The translations under genes were made by a program, and so were the position numbers. Below are positions 40,876 through 53,826 of a stretch of 64,000 bases of DNA, one piece after another. Origin of the DNA: Octopus vulgaris (taxonomy: Eukaryota); NCBI GenBank assembly GCA_951406725.2, contig OX597839.1, forward strand, positions 40,610,001-40,674,000, read 5' to 3'. The notes under the pieces are model-generated. The model saw only the letters and a list, made by a program, of their open reading frames with translations. It was not told where the DNA came from and did not search any database. How positions within the stretch are numbered: position 1 is the first letter of the stretch; the number at the start of each line of letters is the position of its first letter.

Positions 40876-41070
40876 ATTGTTTGTGTGTCTGTGTTTGTCC
40901 CTCTAGCATTGCTTGACAACCGATGCTGGTGCGTTTATGTCCCCGTTACTTAGCGGTTCGACAAAAGAGATCGATAGAATAAGTACTGGGCTTATAAGTC
41001 CTGGGGTCGAGTTGCTCGATTAAAGGTAGTGCTCCAGCATGGCCGCAGTCAAATGACTGAAACAAGTAAA
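40670..41070 (+). mobile_element. SINE type A, full length, immediately upstream of the Penelope-like element
   Basis: Head and tail are intact. Confidence 0.9.
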
Positions 41071-41090
41071 ATATATATATATATATATAA

Positions 41091-43238
41091 CGGCGCGCTG
41101 ACATTATCATCAAACCGGCTGACAAGGGTGGAGCTGTAGTGGTGTGGCGCGCGGACCTCTATAGGGCCGAGGCTTTCCGCCAACTCAATGACACCTCCTT
41201 CTATTCCCCTCTGCCCTCTAACCCCACACGTAGCTACCAACAGACGGTATCCTCTACTGTCCAAGACCTCATCTCGTCCTCCCGTCTCCCCCGCACCGCA
41301 TCCAACCTAATTGTGCGAACCCCACGTACCCCCACCATTTACTTCCTCCCCAAAATCCACAAACCCAACAACCCTGGCCGCCCCATCGTCTCCGCCTGTA
41401 ACTGCCCCACGGAGCTCATCTCTAAATACCTCGACCGTGTCCTTGCCCCCCTAGTGGCATCTCTTCCCTCCCACATCCACGATACCAACCATGCTCTCCG
41501 GCTTTTCAACTCTTTCTCCTTTCCTCCCGGCTCCTCCAAAATCCTTTTTACTATGGACATCCAAAGCCTCTATACTGTTATCCCTCACCACGAAGGACTG
41601 CAGGCCCTTCGACACTTTCTTGACCTCCGCTCTAACCCTGTACCTGACACCTCCACACTCATTCGTCTGACCGAACTTGTCCTTACTCTGAACTGCTTCT
41701 CGTTCGCGGGCGAGTTCTACCATCAGGTCTCGGGAGTGGCCATGGGAACGCGAATGGGCCCCAACTATGCGAACCTGTTCGTTGGCTATGTTGAGGCCCA
41801 AATATTCTCTACTTTCACTGGTCCCACTCCTGAACTATATGGTCGTTATATTGACGACATTATCGGTGCCACCTCACTCTCCCGCGAACATCTAGATTCC
41901 TTCCTCTCTTTCGTCCAATCTTTCCATCCAGCCCTCCACTTCACTTCCACTATCTCCAACACCTCTGTCTCCTTCCTCGACATTTCGGTTAGCATTCTTG
42001 ACTCCACTCTTACCACCTCCATTCACTACAAACACACAGACTCACACTCATACCTCAACTTCTCTTCCTCCCACCCAGAACACACCAAGCTTTCCATCCC
42101 CTATTCCCAATTCCTCCGTCTACGTAGGCTCTGTAGTGACGACCATGACTTTGAGACTCAGTCTCAACGTATGGCTCACCACTTCACCCTACGTGGATAC
42201 CCCCTCACCACTATCCACACCGCCCTTGCCAGAGCACGGTCCGTGGACCGTGTATCTGCTCTCTCTCCCCGAACCCGCCCTGTAGTCTCCCGCCTCCCTT
42301 TTCCCCTCACTTACCACCCCACGACCCTACGTCTCCAACGCACCATTCTTCGAGCTTTCCGTCGTCTCCAGTCCGACCCGTCCACTTCACACCTCTTCCC
42401 TAACCGACCCCTCCCCTCTTTCAAACGAGCCCACAACCTTCGAGACCTTTTGGTCCATAGCTCCTTCCCTGACCCTACCTCCCAACCCGGCTCGTTCCCC
42501 TGCTCCCGCCCACGTTGCCGCACTTGCCCTTACCTCTCCAACACCACCCGCCTCACTAGCACCCACCATCGACCCTATCCCATCATCCACTCCTTCACCT
42601 GCACCTCCAGCAATATTATCTATTGCATCTCTTGCTCTCTCTGCAATTCCTTGTACATCGGACAAACGGGACGCCGCTTGGCTGACCGGTTCGCGGAACA
42701 CCTTCGTGACATCCACCTTGCGAACGACACACCGGTCTCACGCCATTTCCGCTCCACCGGTCACTCCTTGCAACACCTATCTGTGTTCGGTTTGTCCTTA
42801 CACAGAGGCCATCCGGATTCCCGTTTGCGCCGTGAACAGGAATTAATCTTCTCTCTTCGCTCTTATACGCCATTTGGTCTCAACTCTCCCCCCTCCTCAT
42901 CTAACCCCCTCTCCCCCTCCTCACCTATCCTTTCTCCCCCGACCCCCACTTCTTCAGTCCTTCATCCTTTCACCCCTACTCCCCTTCCCTTCTTCCCTCT
43001 TTCTCCCTCCCTCTTCCTCTTCCCTCTGCTCCCTCACTCCCTCTCTCCCCTTCTCTCTCCCCCTCTCCCTCTTTCCTCCTTCATCCCTCTCCTCCCCTTC
43101 CTTCTCCCCATCCTCTCCTCTTCACCCTCCCCTCCCCTCTTCTTCCCCTCCCCTTCTCCCCCTCTTCTCCCCTCCCCTCTTCTCCTCACTACACCACATG
43201 ACTTTACACATCACATCACATATGATGTGCCATACTAA
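41091..43238 (+). CDS. Penelope-like reverse transcriptase with C-terminal GIY-YIG endonuclease (N-terminally truncated frame, no native start)
   Basis: IIIKPADKGGAVVV, LPKIHK, GRPIVS, TMDIQSLYT, GVAMGT, RYIDDI, FLDI, CxxxxCxxC, NIIYC..LYIGQT, RFAEH, REQELI and PFGLN. No internal stops. Confidence 0.9.
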   Translation, partial: RRADIIIKPADKGGAVVVWRADLYRAEAFRQLNDTSFYSPLPSNPTRSYQQTVSSTVQDLISSSRLPRTASNLIVRTPRTPTIYFLPKIHKPNNPGRPIVSACNCPTELISKYLDRVLAPLVASLPSHIHDTNHALRLFNSFSFPPGSSKILFTMDIQSLYTVIPHHEGLQALRHFLDLRSNPVPDTSTLIRLTELVLTLNCFSFAGEFYHQVSGVAMGTRMGPNYANLFVGYVEAQIFSTFTGPTPELYGRYIDDIIGATSLSREHLDSFLSFVQSFHPALHFTSTISNTSVSFLDISVSILDSTLTTSIHYKHTDSHSYLNFSSSHPEHTKLSIPYSQFLRLRRLCSDDHDFETQSQRMAHHFTLRGYPLTTIHTALARARSVDRVSALSPRTRPVVSRLPFPLTYHPTTLRLQRTILRAFRRLQSDPSTSHLFPNRPLPSFKRAHNLRDLLVHSSFPDPTSQPGSFPCSRPRCRTCPYLSNTTRLTSTHHRPYPIIHSFTCTSSNIIYCISCSLCNSLYIGQTGRRLADRFAEHLRDIHLANDTPVSRHFRSTGHSLQHLSVFGLSLHRGHPDSRLRREQELIFSLRSYTPFGLNSPPSSSNPLSPSSPILSPPTPTSSVLHPFTPTPLPFFPLSPSLFLFPLLPHSLSPLLSPPLPLSSFIPLLPFLLPILSSSPSPPLFFPSPSPPLLPSPLLLTTPHDFTHHITYDVPY

Positions 43239-43725
43239 TACACACACCAACTAATACATACTAATACGTACTAATACATACTAGTACATACTAATACTTA
43301 CACCAACCCTATACATACACACGTCCAGACCCCGCATACGCACTTATACTCTCTCACACACACACACACACACCTATACATACCAATACGTACTAATACA
43401 TACTAATACATACTAATACATACACCAACCCCATACATACGCACGTCCAGACCAATCCCACGCACTGATACTCTCTCATACACACACACACACACACACA
43501 CACCCTTATACATACTAATACATACACCAACCCTATACATACACATCCAGACCCCTCCCACGCACTTTTAGCTGGTCCCTCAACCCTATTATCTCCCCTT
43601 ATTTCGCTCTCGCGTCTCATGTTTGATCTTTGACCTCTGGCCGAAATCAGATCGCCATGTTGATTCGTTAGCTACTGCACGCATTTTTTTCTCTCCTTCT
43701 TTCTGTGTTTTTCTCTCTCTGTGTA

Positions 43726-43763
43726 TCTTTCTGTTGAAGAGCGTAGGCTCGAAACGTTAAAGA
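43726..43763 (+). ncRNA. Minimal hammerhead-like motif in the pLTR
   Basis: tcttt CTGTTGA a gag-cgtagg-ctc GAAA cg TT aaaga. Stem III is the palindrome ACGT; the core has A6->U. Confidence 0.6.
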
Positions 43764-44687
43764 CTTGTTTTATTTATATTTCCTGAGCGCCATACTAATA
43801 CAATTGTTCGTTTGTTTTCCACCTGCCTTCGTCTTTTGTTTATTTTCATAAAGCTTCCCGTTATATATATATATATATATATATATGCAACAGCGCGCGC
43901 TCACACACACGTATACAGACTCATGTATGTCTGTTGTGGGATGTATTAAGTATACACCCTTGTCTGTGTGCGTGCGTGCGTGTATGTGTGTATAAGTTTT
44001 TATGTGTGTATTGGGTGCGTTGGATAAATTATCGTCTAAATTACGCAAAAAAGAAAATAACACTGATGTATCATTTTAACAAATATACTTACCAAAGTTA
44101 CATAAGAATATCTTGATAAATTGAGAATTGATGTTATATGGTATTAGATACACCTGCAGTTGTCTATATACGAATATAATCATGACACATATGCCGTTCC
44201 CACCAGGTACAATAAACCGAGCAATTTAATCTCAACGGCTATGAAGAGAGGACACGCTGCGAACAAACATCTTGAAGATGGAGACTGACATTCGTTTTAC
44301 AGTAAAACACCAAAATAAAGAATTGACACCACATAGAGTGTATGATTGTAGGTCGTGATCAACGTAGCCATATTTCATTTCATATTTTTCTATTTAGGGT
44401 AGATTTACAATTAACCGTAATGAACAGTGATTAGTATGGTAATTTATCTCGTATCAATTGAGGAAAATTTTGTCCCGTTTTACAGTCTTTTTTGTTTGGT
44501 CAAGCCTGCGTAAGGCTGGACCAAAACGCAGGCAAAATCACAAAGCGTTAACATGGCCTCTATATTTAAACGTATACATATTTATACAAATACCTATGCA
44601 CACAAACATACATACACACATATGAATGTATGTATGTATGTATGTATAGAGTATTTGAAGTGGTGTACAGATAATGTTACTGAGAAG

Positions 44688-44828
44688 AGTCAGAATTGTG
44701 GATAATTCTTTATTAGCGGTTTCGTTCAATTATCGAACTCGTCAAGACTAAATCGAAATGGTCATTTTGATTTTGATGTTCAATAAACGAACGAAAGTGC
44801 TAATAAAGAATTATCCAAAATTCTGACT
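44688..44828. ncRNA. Inverted pair of diverged minimal hammerhead-like motifs
   Basis: Minus 44745-44714: TTGACGA gttc..gaac GAAA ccgc TA. Plus 44773-44802: ttgat gttc..gaac GAAA gtgc TA. Both lie within an imperfect 140-bp palindrome. Confidence 0.5.
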
Positions 44829-45432
44829 ACCTCCCTGTTTTCAATATATATATATGCGTATGTACATTAAGTTTAGTATATATATATATATATGTATTTA
44901 TACGGAATATATATGCATATCTACATATATATATATATAAGTACATATATAGATACATACATATATACATACATATATACGTGCATACATACAGAGAGAG
45001 AGAGAGAGAGTGAAAGATATATATTTATATATATATATGTATGTATATAAATACATACATACATGCATACAAACACATACTATTATATCATATTATACTA
45101 TCTTTGTGCATGAGTCGCTGAAAGTTCTTGGAAAGAAGGGACAATACTAGAAGAAAAGGAAGGATAAATGGTAATATCCTGTTTTAGTACCAGATACTTT
45201 CCATCGAGGCCATTAGGTCCAAAGTTTTCAATATGAGGAATCAAAGGATTAAATGTCCTTACCAATACAAACAAATGAAAGAACCTAAAGACAAAATACA
45301 AAAACTAATAAATTAGTAAAACATCAGAATTGTCTCCATTTTGAATTCACGTTGCAAACGACATTTAGAGCAACCTTTAATGTAACTAAATCTAGATACA
45401 GTGCGTGTGTGTGTGGAGGGGCGTAGGCGTGT

Positions 45433-45476
<44 letters not shown>

Positions 45477-45620
45477 TTGTGAGTCTGTGTTTATATATCT
45501 ACGTGTGCGTGCATTTTATGTTTCTATGTGTGTGGGCGTATGTATGTGCATATGTATATATATTTCTAAGTCTGTATGGTGAATGATGAATGATATATAT
45601 ATATATATATATATACATAC

Positions 45621-45753
<133 letters not shown>

Positions 45754-45990
45754 TGTATGTATGTGTGTATGTATGTATGTATGTATGTGTGTATGTATGT
45801 ATATATGCATGTGCGTATACAGAAGCAATTGAATATACATGCAAACACATAAATGTATGTGCGTTTGTGTGTGTTCGAGTGCTTCAGTGCATGTGTGTGT
45901 GCGTGTGTGTTCCTGAGGTCGTGTCGAGGTGGAACAGGACCAGAGAGAAGAGCAAAGAAACAGACAAAATATATATGCGTGCTTATAAAC

Positions 45991-46037
<47 letters not shown>

Positions 46038-46380
46038 TGTATACAGTGAGAGAGGGGGAGAGGGGGAGAGAGAGTGAGATAAGGAAATAGAGATTGGTTG
46101 TCAGTCATTCAGAGGGTTATGTATGACAACCTTTTGGGATGTATTAGTAATGTTATAAGTTACTACAAGTATAAGAAAATGAGATGTATTCTTTCGCTTT
46201 CTTATATGTATATATAAGTAATATATTTTATGAATGTACATGTTTAAAGATAGATATATGAAGAACCCTTATGTATAGAAGTAACAAAGAAAGCATATAT
46301 ATATGCCCAAAGTGCCATATATATATATATAAACATATATATATATATGTGTATGTATGTGTATGTGTGTGTGTGTGTGT

Positions 46381-46681
46381 GTGGAGGCATAATGGCCCAA
46401 TGGTTAGGGCAGCGGACTCGCGGTCGTAGGATTGCGGTTTCGATTCCCAGACCGGTCGTTGTGTGTGTCTATTGAGCGAAAACACCTAAAAGCTCCACGA
46501 AGATCCGGCAGTTGGTGGTGATCCCTGCTGTACTCTTTCACCACTCTTTCTCTCACTCTTCTGTTGGCCTGCTCGCTTAGCCAGTGGGGTGGCGTCATTT
46601 GAAGGCTAAAACATTGCGAACGCATTGTGACCAGCGATGTGTAACAACATATGATGGTCTGGTCGGTCACGTGATCACGTG
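46381..46681 (+). mobile_element. SINE type B with tail 2
   Basis: Type B head, then ctgttggcctgctcgcttagccag...gtcacgtgatcacgtg. Confidence 0.85.
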
Positions 46682-46881
46682 TTATATACATACATATATA
46701 TATACATACACATATGGGTACAGGATATCACCAAACAGTGAACAACATGAAGTACGAAAGCAAATGAGGTCAATACGTAAACAACGAAACTCTCTCACAC
46801 ACACATACCATATATACATACATAAATACATACATAAATACACACACACACCATATATACATACATAAATACATACATAGA

Positions 46882-46924
<43 letters not shown>

Positions 46925-46980
46925 CATGTGATCTCTTGAGCACCACCAGCTCATATATTTTTTCCTCTGTCTTCCCTTCT

Positions 46981-47560
46981 AGCGATGCTGGTTTTAGAAC
47001 TCACTATACTTATGCTTGAGAACAAAGCGTCAGTCAAGTACAAAGTGGTAACGAGAAATTTAATAAATGACTCTGGAATTAGAAAAGACGTAAAGTGTTT
47101 CATTAGCTTGCAGCTCGTAGTTGAGTGCTTGTGTATCACCCTATAGCTGCAGTTTTATTTCGGAAAGTATTTATATTTAGTACGTTTATATATATTGTTG
47201 TGCAAGATTTTTTATGTGAAGTCGTGTGTTGAAACAGATATTGTTATATTTCGGAATGGTCATTTTGCCAGTTTAGCACATAGAGATATAATCATGCGCA
47301 AATGAAGACATATTTCCCTTAGGTATAGCGATGCTGGTTTAAGAACTCACTATACTTATGCTTGAGAACAAAGCGTCAGTCAAGTACACAGGAGTGTGAT
47401 GAAAGAACTCTGGCCGAAATAAGATTAAGATTAATGTAAAAAATAAATAACACTGAAGCAAAATAACACCAAATATATAGTGCGTGTGTTTTTATTGGCT
47501 AAGCTGGCAAAATGACCATTCCGAAATGCAGTTTTATTTCGGAAAGTATTTATATTTATG
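46981..47560. repeat. Rearranged repeat with direct and inverted internal duplications
   Basis: agcgatgctgg...caagtaca at 46981 and 47327; gcagttttatttcggaaagtatttatattta at 47149 and 47528; tttcggaatggtcattttgccag at 47249, inverted at about 47505-47527. Confidence 0.75.
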
Positions 47561-47929
47561 TATATACACAGAAATCTATTACCATCAAAAAACGCATAAA
47601 CATATGTAAGAAATGGAGTAGGGTTGAAGGCCAGAATGCCCTTCCAGAAAAAGTAGAATAAGATGAAATTTTATGCATGTATATGTTTAAAGATAGATAT
47701 ATGAAGAACCCCTATGAATAGAAGTAACAAAGAAAGCATATAAAATTCCAGCTGGGAATGGAGGTTGACAGAATGTGAGAGAAACCAAAGCAATGAGAGG
47801 AAGAGAAAAAGACTATATCTATGAGGGTCATAAAAATTTCTCTGCATATGCATCCTTGCCTGATTAACAACTAACGGTCAACAGGCCGAAGAGTGAATGG
47901 ACCGTGTAGGCCGCATTTCATTTTTGAAA

Positions 47930-48007
47930 CTCTGATGATGCTATCTCGGTGTTGCACAGGCACTCAAACATGCGTGCATTGCATCACTTGGCAGAAACAG
48001 ATGTAAG
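47930..48007 (+). ncRNA. Hammerhead ribozyme motif with long stem II
   Basis: CTGATGA 47932-47938; tgcta/tggca, ggtgttgca/tgcatcact and gcac/gtgc helices; GAAA 47994-47997; aca-ga-tgt; GUA at 48003-48005; weak stem I. Confidence 0.55.
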
Positions 48008-48156
48008 CTAATGATTTTCATGATATAATTTCTTATACTCTAGTCATTTATTTAATTTCTTCCACACACACACACATAGATAGGTAGAAACAGATGCAAA
48101 TATATCTATATGTATACATACAGACATTATTTATTCACATATATGTACATATGTAC

Positions 48157-48254
<98 letters not shown>

Positions 48255-48326
48255 GTATATATCTATATGTATATATTTATATGTTTGTATGAATGTATGG
48301 ATATATGTATGTATTTGTGTATATAC

Positions 48327-48369
<43 letters not shown>

Positions 48370-48487
48370 TATAACCTATTGACAAATGTAAGCTAATGAA
48401 CTTCATGACAACCTCTTATTCCCTTGTCATTTATTTAACTTCTTACACTCACACACACACATATATATACATATATACATGCATATG

Positions 48488-48520
<33 letters not shown>

Positions 48521-48613
48521 GTACATATATATATATAAACATTATGTATATATTTATATATATATATATATGTATATATATGTATGTATATATATTAATA
48601 TATGTATATATAT

Positions 48614-48669
<56 letters not shown>

Positions 48670-49007
48670 CCTATTCACAAATACTTAAATGATACCAAAA
48701 CACCTATGCCCTTAACAATCTTATTTAGAAAATCATTGTCCAAGACGGAGATTAATCTTCCATGCCCTGTTGAAGAATCTACCATTAAAAAGACTCTTTG
48801 CTTTCATACAAAACTAAATACTTTCAGGTTTTTTCTGATATTATTGTTTTCTTACTTTCTCTTCTATTCATCAAAGTTTTGTTGATCTCAAACAACAGTA
48901 TGACTAATCTTCGTTCAACGCGTTGATTCTATTAAGCTTTATATACCAATACCTATAGACACACGCACACACATACATACACACCTATATTTATATACAC
49001 ACATACA

Positions 49008-49412
49008 GAAGTGGCTGTGTGGTAAGTAGCTTGTCTACCAACCACATGGTTCCGGGTTCAGTCCCACTGCGTGGCACCTTGGGCAAGTGTCTTCTACTAT
49101 AGCCTCGGGCCGACCAAAGCCTTGTGAGTGGATTTGGTAGACGGAAACTGAAAGAAGCCCGTCGTATATATATATATATATATATATATATGCGTGTGTG
49201 TGTTTGTGTGTTTGTGTTTGTCCCCTAGCATTGCTTGACAACCGATGCTGGTGTGTTTATGTCCCCGTTACTTAGTGGTTCGGCAAAAGAGACCGATATA
49301 ATAAGTACTGGGCTTACAAAAGAATAAGTCCCGGGGTCGAGTTGCTCGATTAAAGGCGGTGCTCCAGCATGGCCGCAGTCAAATGACTGAAACAAGTAAA
49401 AGAGTAAAGAGT
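49008..49412 (+). mobile_element. SINE type A
   Basis: Head, internal microsatellite and tail. Confidence 0.9.
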
Positions 49413-49699
49413 ATACGTATATGTGTGTGTGTTTGTCTCTCTGTGTGTACCTTGGTATCCTTTCATTCTTGTATACATTTCAGCCAAAGACAGCGGCTAT
49501 GCTGCAGCACCGCCAATATCATCGCTTTTTCAGTGGCCACTCTTATGTGGTTGGCTTTTGGGAGGGAAACAGTTTGGTATCACTGCCCACTTTGGAGTTA
49601 CCTGCCGTGATAGAGGTTCATTTGGGATCATGAACGCAGAAAGTCAAGTTGCTGCTTGAAAACATCCAGCCCCAACTCCATGCAAATTTTTCAGGTTTT

Positions 49700-50160
49700 T
49701 TAGTAAGTAATTGAATAGCTATGGGCCTTTGAATCATCGCCCGACGTGGGAGTACTACCTAAGTCTAAGGAAGCCATGTTTTACTTGCAGGCCATCGAAC
49801 TTTTCCGCCCGTTACTACTGGAGGATCGTCGGGGAAGAATTTTCAGACACCTCTGCGAGAAGCGACTGTCATTATACTTTCCGGCTGGACCCTAACTTTA
49901 GATTGATCACTTAAGTATTCTGGCCGACCGTCCGTTGATTGTTGTGACAAGAAAACCTCTCCCACAATTGCCATTAAGAACTCAGTTGTGGTTCTTCTCT
50001 CAAGAGAAAAGAGCATCCTCGACTGGTAAAGAGAATAATTTGTTGAGCTTCCAAATCCAGTCGCAATAAAATATTCCAATGAATATGTCTTGCACCTAGA
50101 AGTAAAGAGTAAAATCGAGGAGGTTGAAATCGCAGAGGCCTTAAAAGCGCTGAAGGAGAA
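49700..50160 (+). pseudogene. Highly degenerate RTE-like LINE fragment (EN-RT linker)
   Basis: VLLSREKSILDW*RE*FVELPNP and IEEVEIAEALKALK resemble the RTE motifs I..RWKEYFE.LLNP and EV..A.K.LK. Boundaries are uncertain. Confidence 0.45.
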
Positions 50161-50746
50161 ATCATAATAAATCCATTAAATCAATCCAAAGGAACCGATC
50201 TACTAAAAATTAACAGATCTTAATCCGCCTGACGCTTTAAAACTCCTACATGACCCCTGGATGGTTTTAGCAGAATTCACATTGTTCCATTCAGTCAGGT
50301 TTGCTCTCTGGACTCAGAAAGATGTCAAATCTGTCATCGATGTCTCTTGGAGACACTAAACACTGTCATGGCGTCTTCCCTTTTTGTGAGTGTTGATGAT
50401 GATTGTTGAATTGATACTGGTAGTGGTGGTGGTGGATGCGGTGGTCGTAATTAAAACGACGTTGATATCGGTTATGACGATGTGAGGTTCATTGGAGGAA
50501 TATTTCTGGTTTCGTTAGATAAGATATCAAACAGTGATGAAATATTGACTACGTCAAGGAAATACGTGTGGACCAAATTGAATACAGACAGACCAATGCG
50601 CTATATACATACACATGAATATGAACGACCATACATATAGATATACACACAGACATACACAAAGATTCATATAAATATATATATATATATATATCCATTT
50701 TACACGTACACATTGAAATCTTATAGATATATGCGTGTGAGCACAT

Positions 50747-50795
<49 letters not shown>

Positions 50796-50816
50796 CATAT
50801 ATATACATATATATAT

Positions 50817-50870
<54 letters not shown>

Positions 50871-50871
50871 C

Positions 50872-50911
<40 letters not shown>

Positions 50912-51065
50912 GCACACGCGCGAATATACGGGAGCGAGACATGCAGATAGTGAACTAATGAACGATAGAGGCATGGATAGACAGAAAAAACATACAGACA
51001 AACAGACAGACAAACTGACTGACAGATAGATAGAGAAGAGAGAGAGAGAGAGAGAGAAGTCAGTT

Positions 51066-51290
<225 letters not shown>

Positions 51291-51800
51291 TACCGTATAG
51301 GGATGCAAGCAGTTGCGTAAAATATTGTGTGTATATTACTGGTATGTTATTTAATATGATATACATACATGAATACATACATACATAGTCTCTCTCTTTC
51401 TCTCTCTCTCTCTCTCACACACACACTCAGATACACGCACATACACACACTTCAAAAAACACACAAACGCACACATACACACACACTGACATTCATTGAC
51501 ATTCAGAAACGCATACGCACGTACATACATAGGAACACTCACAGACACACATATGACCCTTGTATGTATCTGTCTGCTTACGTAAGTCGTGAATGGTCTC
51601 AATATTTCCATTGGTACAGAAATACCTGACTATGAATAACCGGCTAATTGGTATTTCTGTAGAGGCCTACTCGAATTCCCCATTAATGCCATACAAACGC
51701 AGACAGAGATAAACACATATGCACACATGTATATATATAGCTAAACAGATGTACATATATGAACATATATACATATGCGTATATATATATATGTATATAT

Positions 51801-51885
<85 letters not shown>

Positions 51886-52243
51886 TATATATATATATGT
51901 TTGTGTATATATATATATATGTATGTATATGTATATATATATGGTTGTATCTTGAAACATGAACCTTAGCTAGCCAGAATATGTAAGTCTTAAATTTTTT
52001 TTTTTTCAATGTATACAAAATTTCGCCAATTGAGGTCTTTATCAGACCTGTTCTGAAAAACTCAATTATATATAATTATACACATATATACATACATACA
52101 AACATACATACATACATACATACATACATACATGCATATATATATATATATATATATATTTATGTATATATATATGTATATATATATTTATATATATATA
52201 TATATATGTATATATATGTGTATGTATATATATATGATTTATG

Positions 52244-52296
<53 letters not shown>

Positions 52297-52881
52297 GTAT
52301 ATATATATTTATATATACATATATATATATATATATCGACATACACAAAAATATATTTATATATATACATATATAAGTACATTTATAGAATATATACATA
52401 CATACATACATATACACGCACACATGCATATATACAGGGTGTGTGTTTAAGAAGCTCGCGTCTCTCTACATGAACTTGGCTTCAATCCAATTGCGCAACA
52501 GTTTAGGCAGATGTCTTCTACAATAGGCCCCGGGCCGATTGATATGCCATTTGAGTGAATTTCGTAGACGAAAGTTCTGGAAACCCGTCATACATGTGTG
52601 TGTGAAAGAGAGAGGAGGGAGACGGAGAGAGAGAGAGAGAGTTTTGTGCTCAACTTTTCGTTTGTCGAGATCGTTTACCTGTCTCCCTACAATACGTTAA
52701 TTCTTTTTCTGGTTTTCGTCTCCGAAACCCAGCACTTCAGCAAAAGAAACCGATAGACTAGGTACCTGTTATTAAAAATGCTAGTACTGTGATTGATTAC
52801 CTGTACTGAACTGTTCAAAGTGGTGCGCCAGGTAGGCCGCATGCCAATCCCAGAAACGCGTAACACAATGAGGGAATATAC

Positions 52882-52965
<84 letters not shown>

Positions 52966-53179
52966 TATATACACACACACGGCGCGGGGATTAATCCGTC
53001 TAAATCACGCAAAAATGAAAATAACATTGACATCTCGTTTTAAGAGATATATTTATTAAAATTACATAAAAATATCTTGAAATACTAAAGAGTAAATTTA
53101 CTCAATAAAACGGCCTTTGACTTCAGCCATGGCCTCCAAATGACTTTGGAATCTCCTGCAACTCTTCTGGACGTTTCTC

Positions 53180-53826
53180 ATTTCTTTACTGACCACAAGG
53201 GGCGAAACATAGAGGGGACAAACAAAGACAGACAAAGGAATTGTGTCGATTACATCGACCCCAGTGCGTAACTGGTACTTAATTTATCGACCCCAAAAGG
53301 ATGAAAGGCAAAGTCGACCTCGGCGGAATTTGAACTCAGAACGTAGCGGAAGACGAAATACCGCTAAGCATTTCGCCCAGCGTGCTAACGTTACTTATTT
53401 CTTTATTGTCCACAAGGGGCTAAACATAGGGGGGGCAAACAAAGACAGATAAAGGAATTAAGTCGATTACATTGACTCCAGTGCGTAACTGGTACTTAAT
53501 TTATCGACCCCGAAAGGATGAAAAGCAAAGTTGTCTTCAGCGGAATTTGAACTCAGAACGTAGCGGTAGACGAATTACCGCTAAGCATTTCGCCCAGGGT
53601 GCTAACGTTACTTATTTCTTTATTGCCCACAAGGGACTAAACATAAGCGGGACAAACAAAGACAGATAAAGGAATTAAGTCGATTGCATCGACCCCAGTG
53701 CGTAACTGGTACTTAATTTATCGATCCCGAAATGATGAAAGGCAAAGTTGTCTTCAGCGAAATTTGAACTCAGAACGTAGTGGCAGACGAAATACCGCTA
53801 AGCTAACGATTCTACCAGGTTGCCGC
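53180..53826 (-). repeat. Tandem array of SINE type D, 3 x 217 bp
   Basis: atttcttta at 53180, 53397 and 53614. Confidence 0.9.

Larger units (their letters stand above)
41091..43862 (+). mobile_element. Penelope-like retroelement (Neptune-type), 5'-truncated, inserted in (TA)n
   Basis: RT plus GIY-YIG ORF, a repetitive 3' UTR (tactaataca units) and a terminal pLTR-like segment with a hammerhead motif. (TA)n lies on both sides. Confidence 0.93.

Noticed and set aside
43240-43560. Telomere-like repeats in the Penelope 3' UTR
   Set aside because: The units are tactaataca-type, not TTAGGG; this is an internal UTR duplication.
51615-52067. 12-bp inverted repeat at 51615/51650 and a minus-strand CTGATAA..GAAA near 52020-52045
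   Set aside because: Too degenerate to call as ribozymes.
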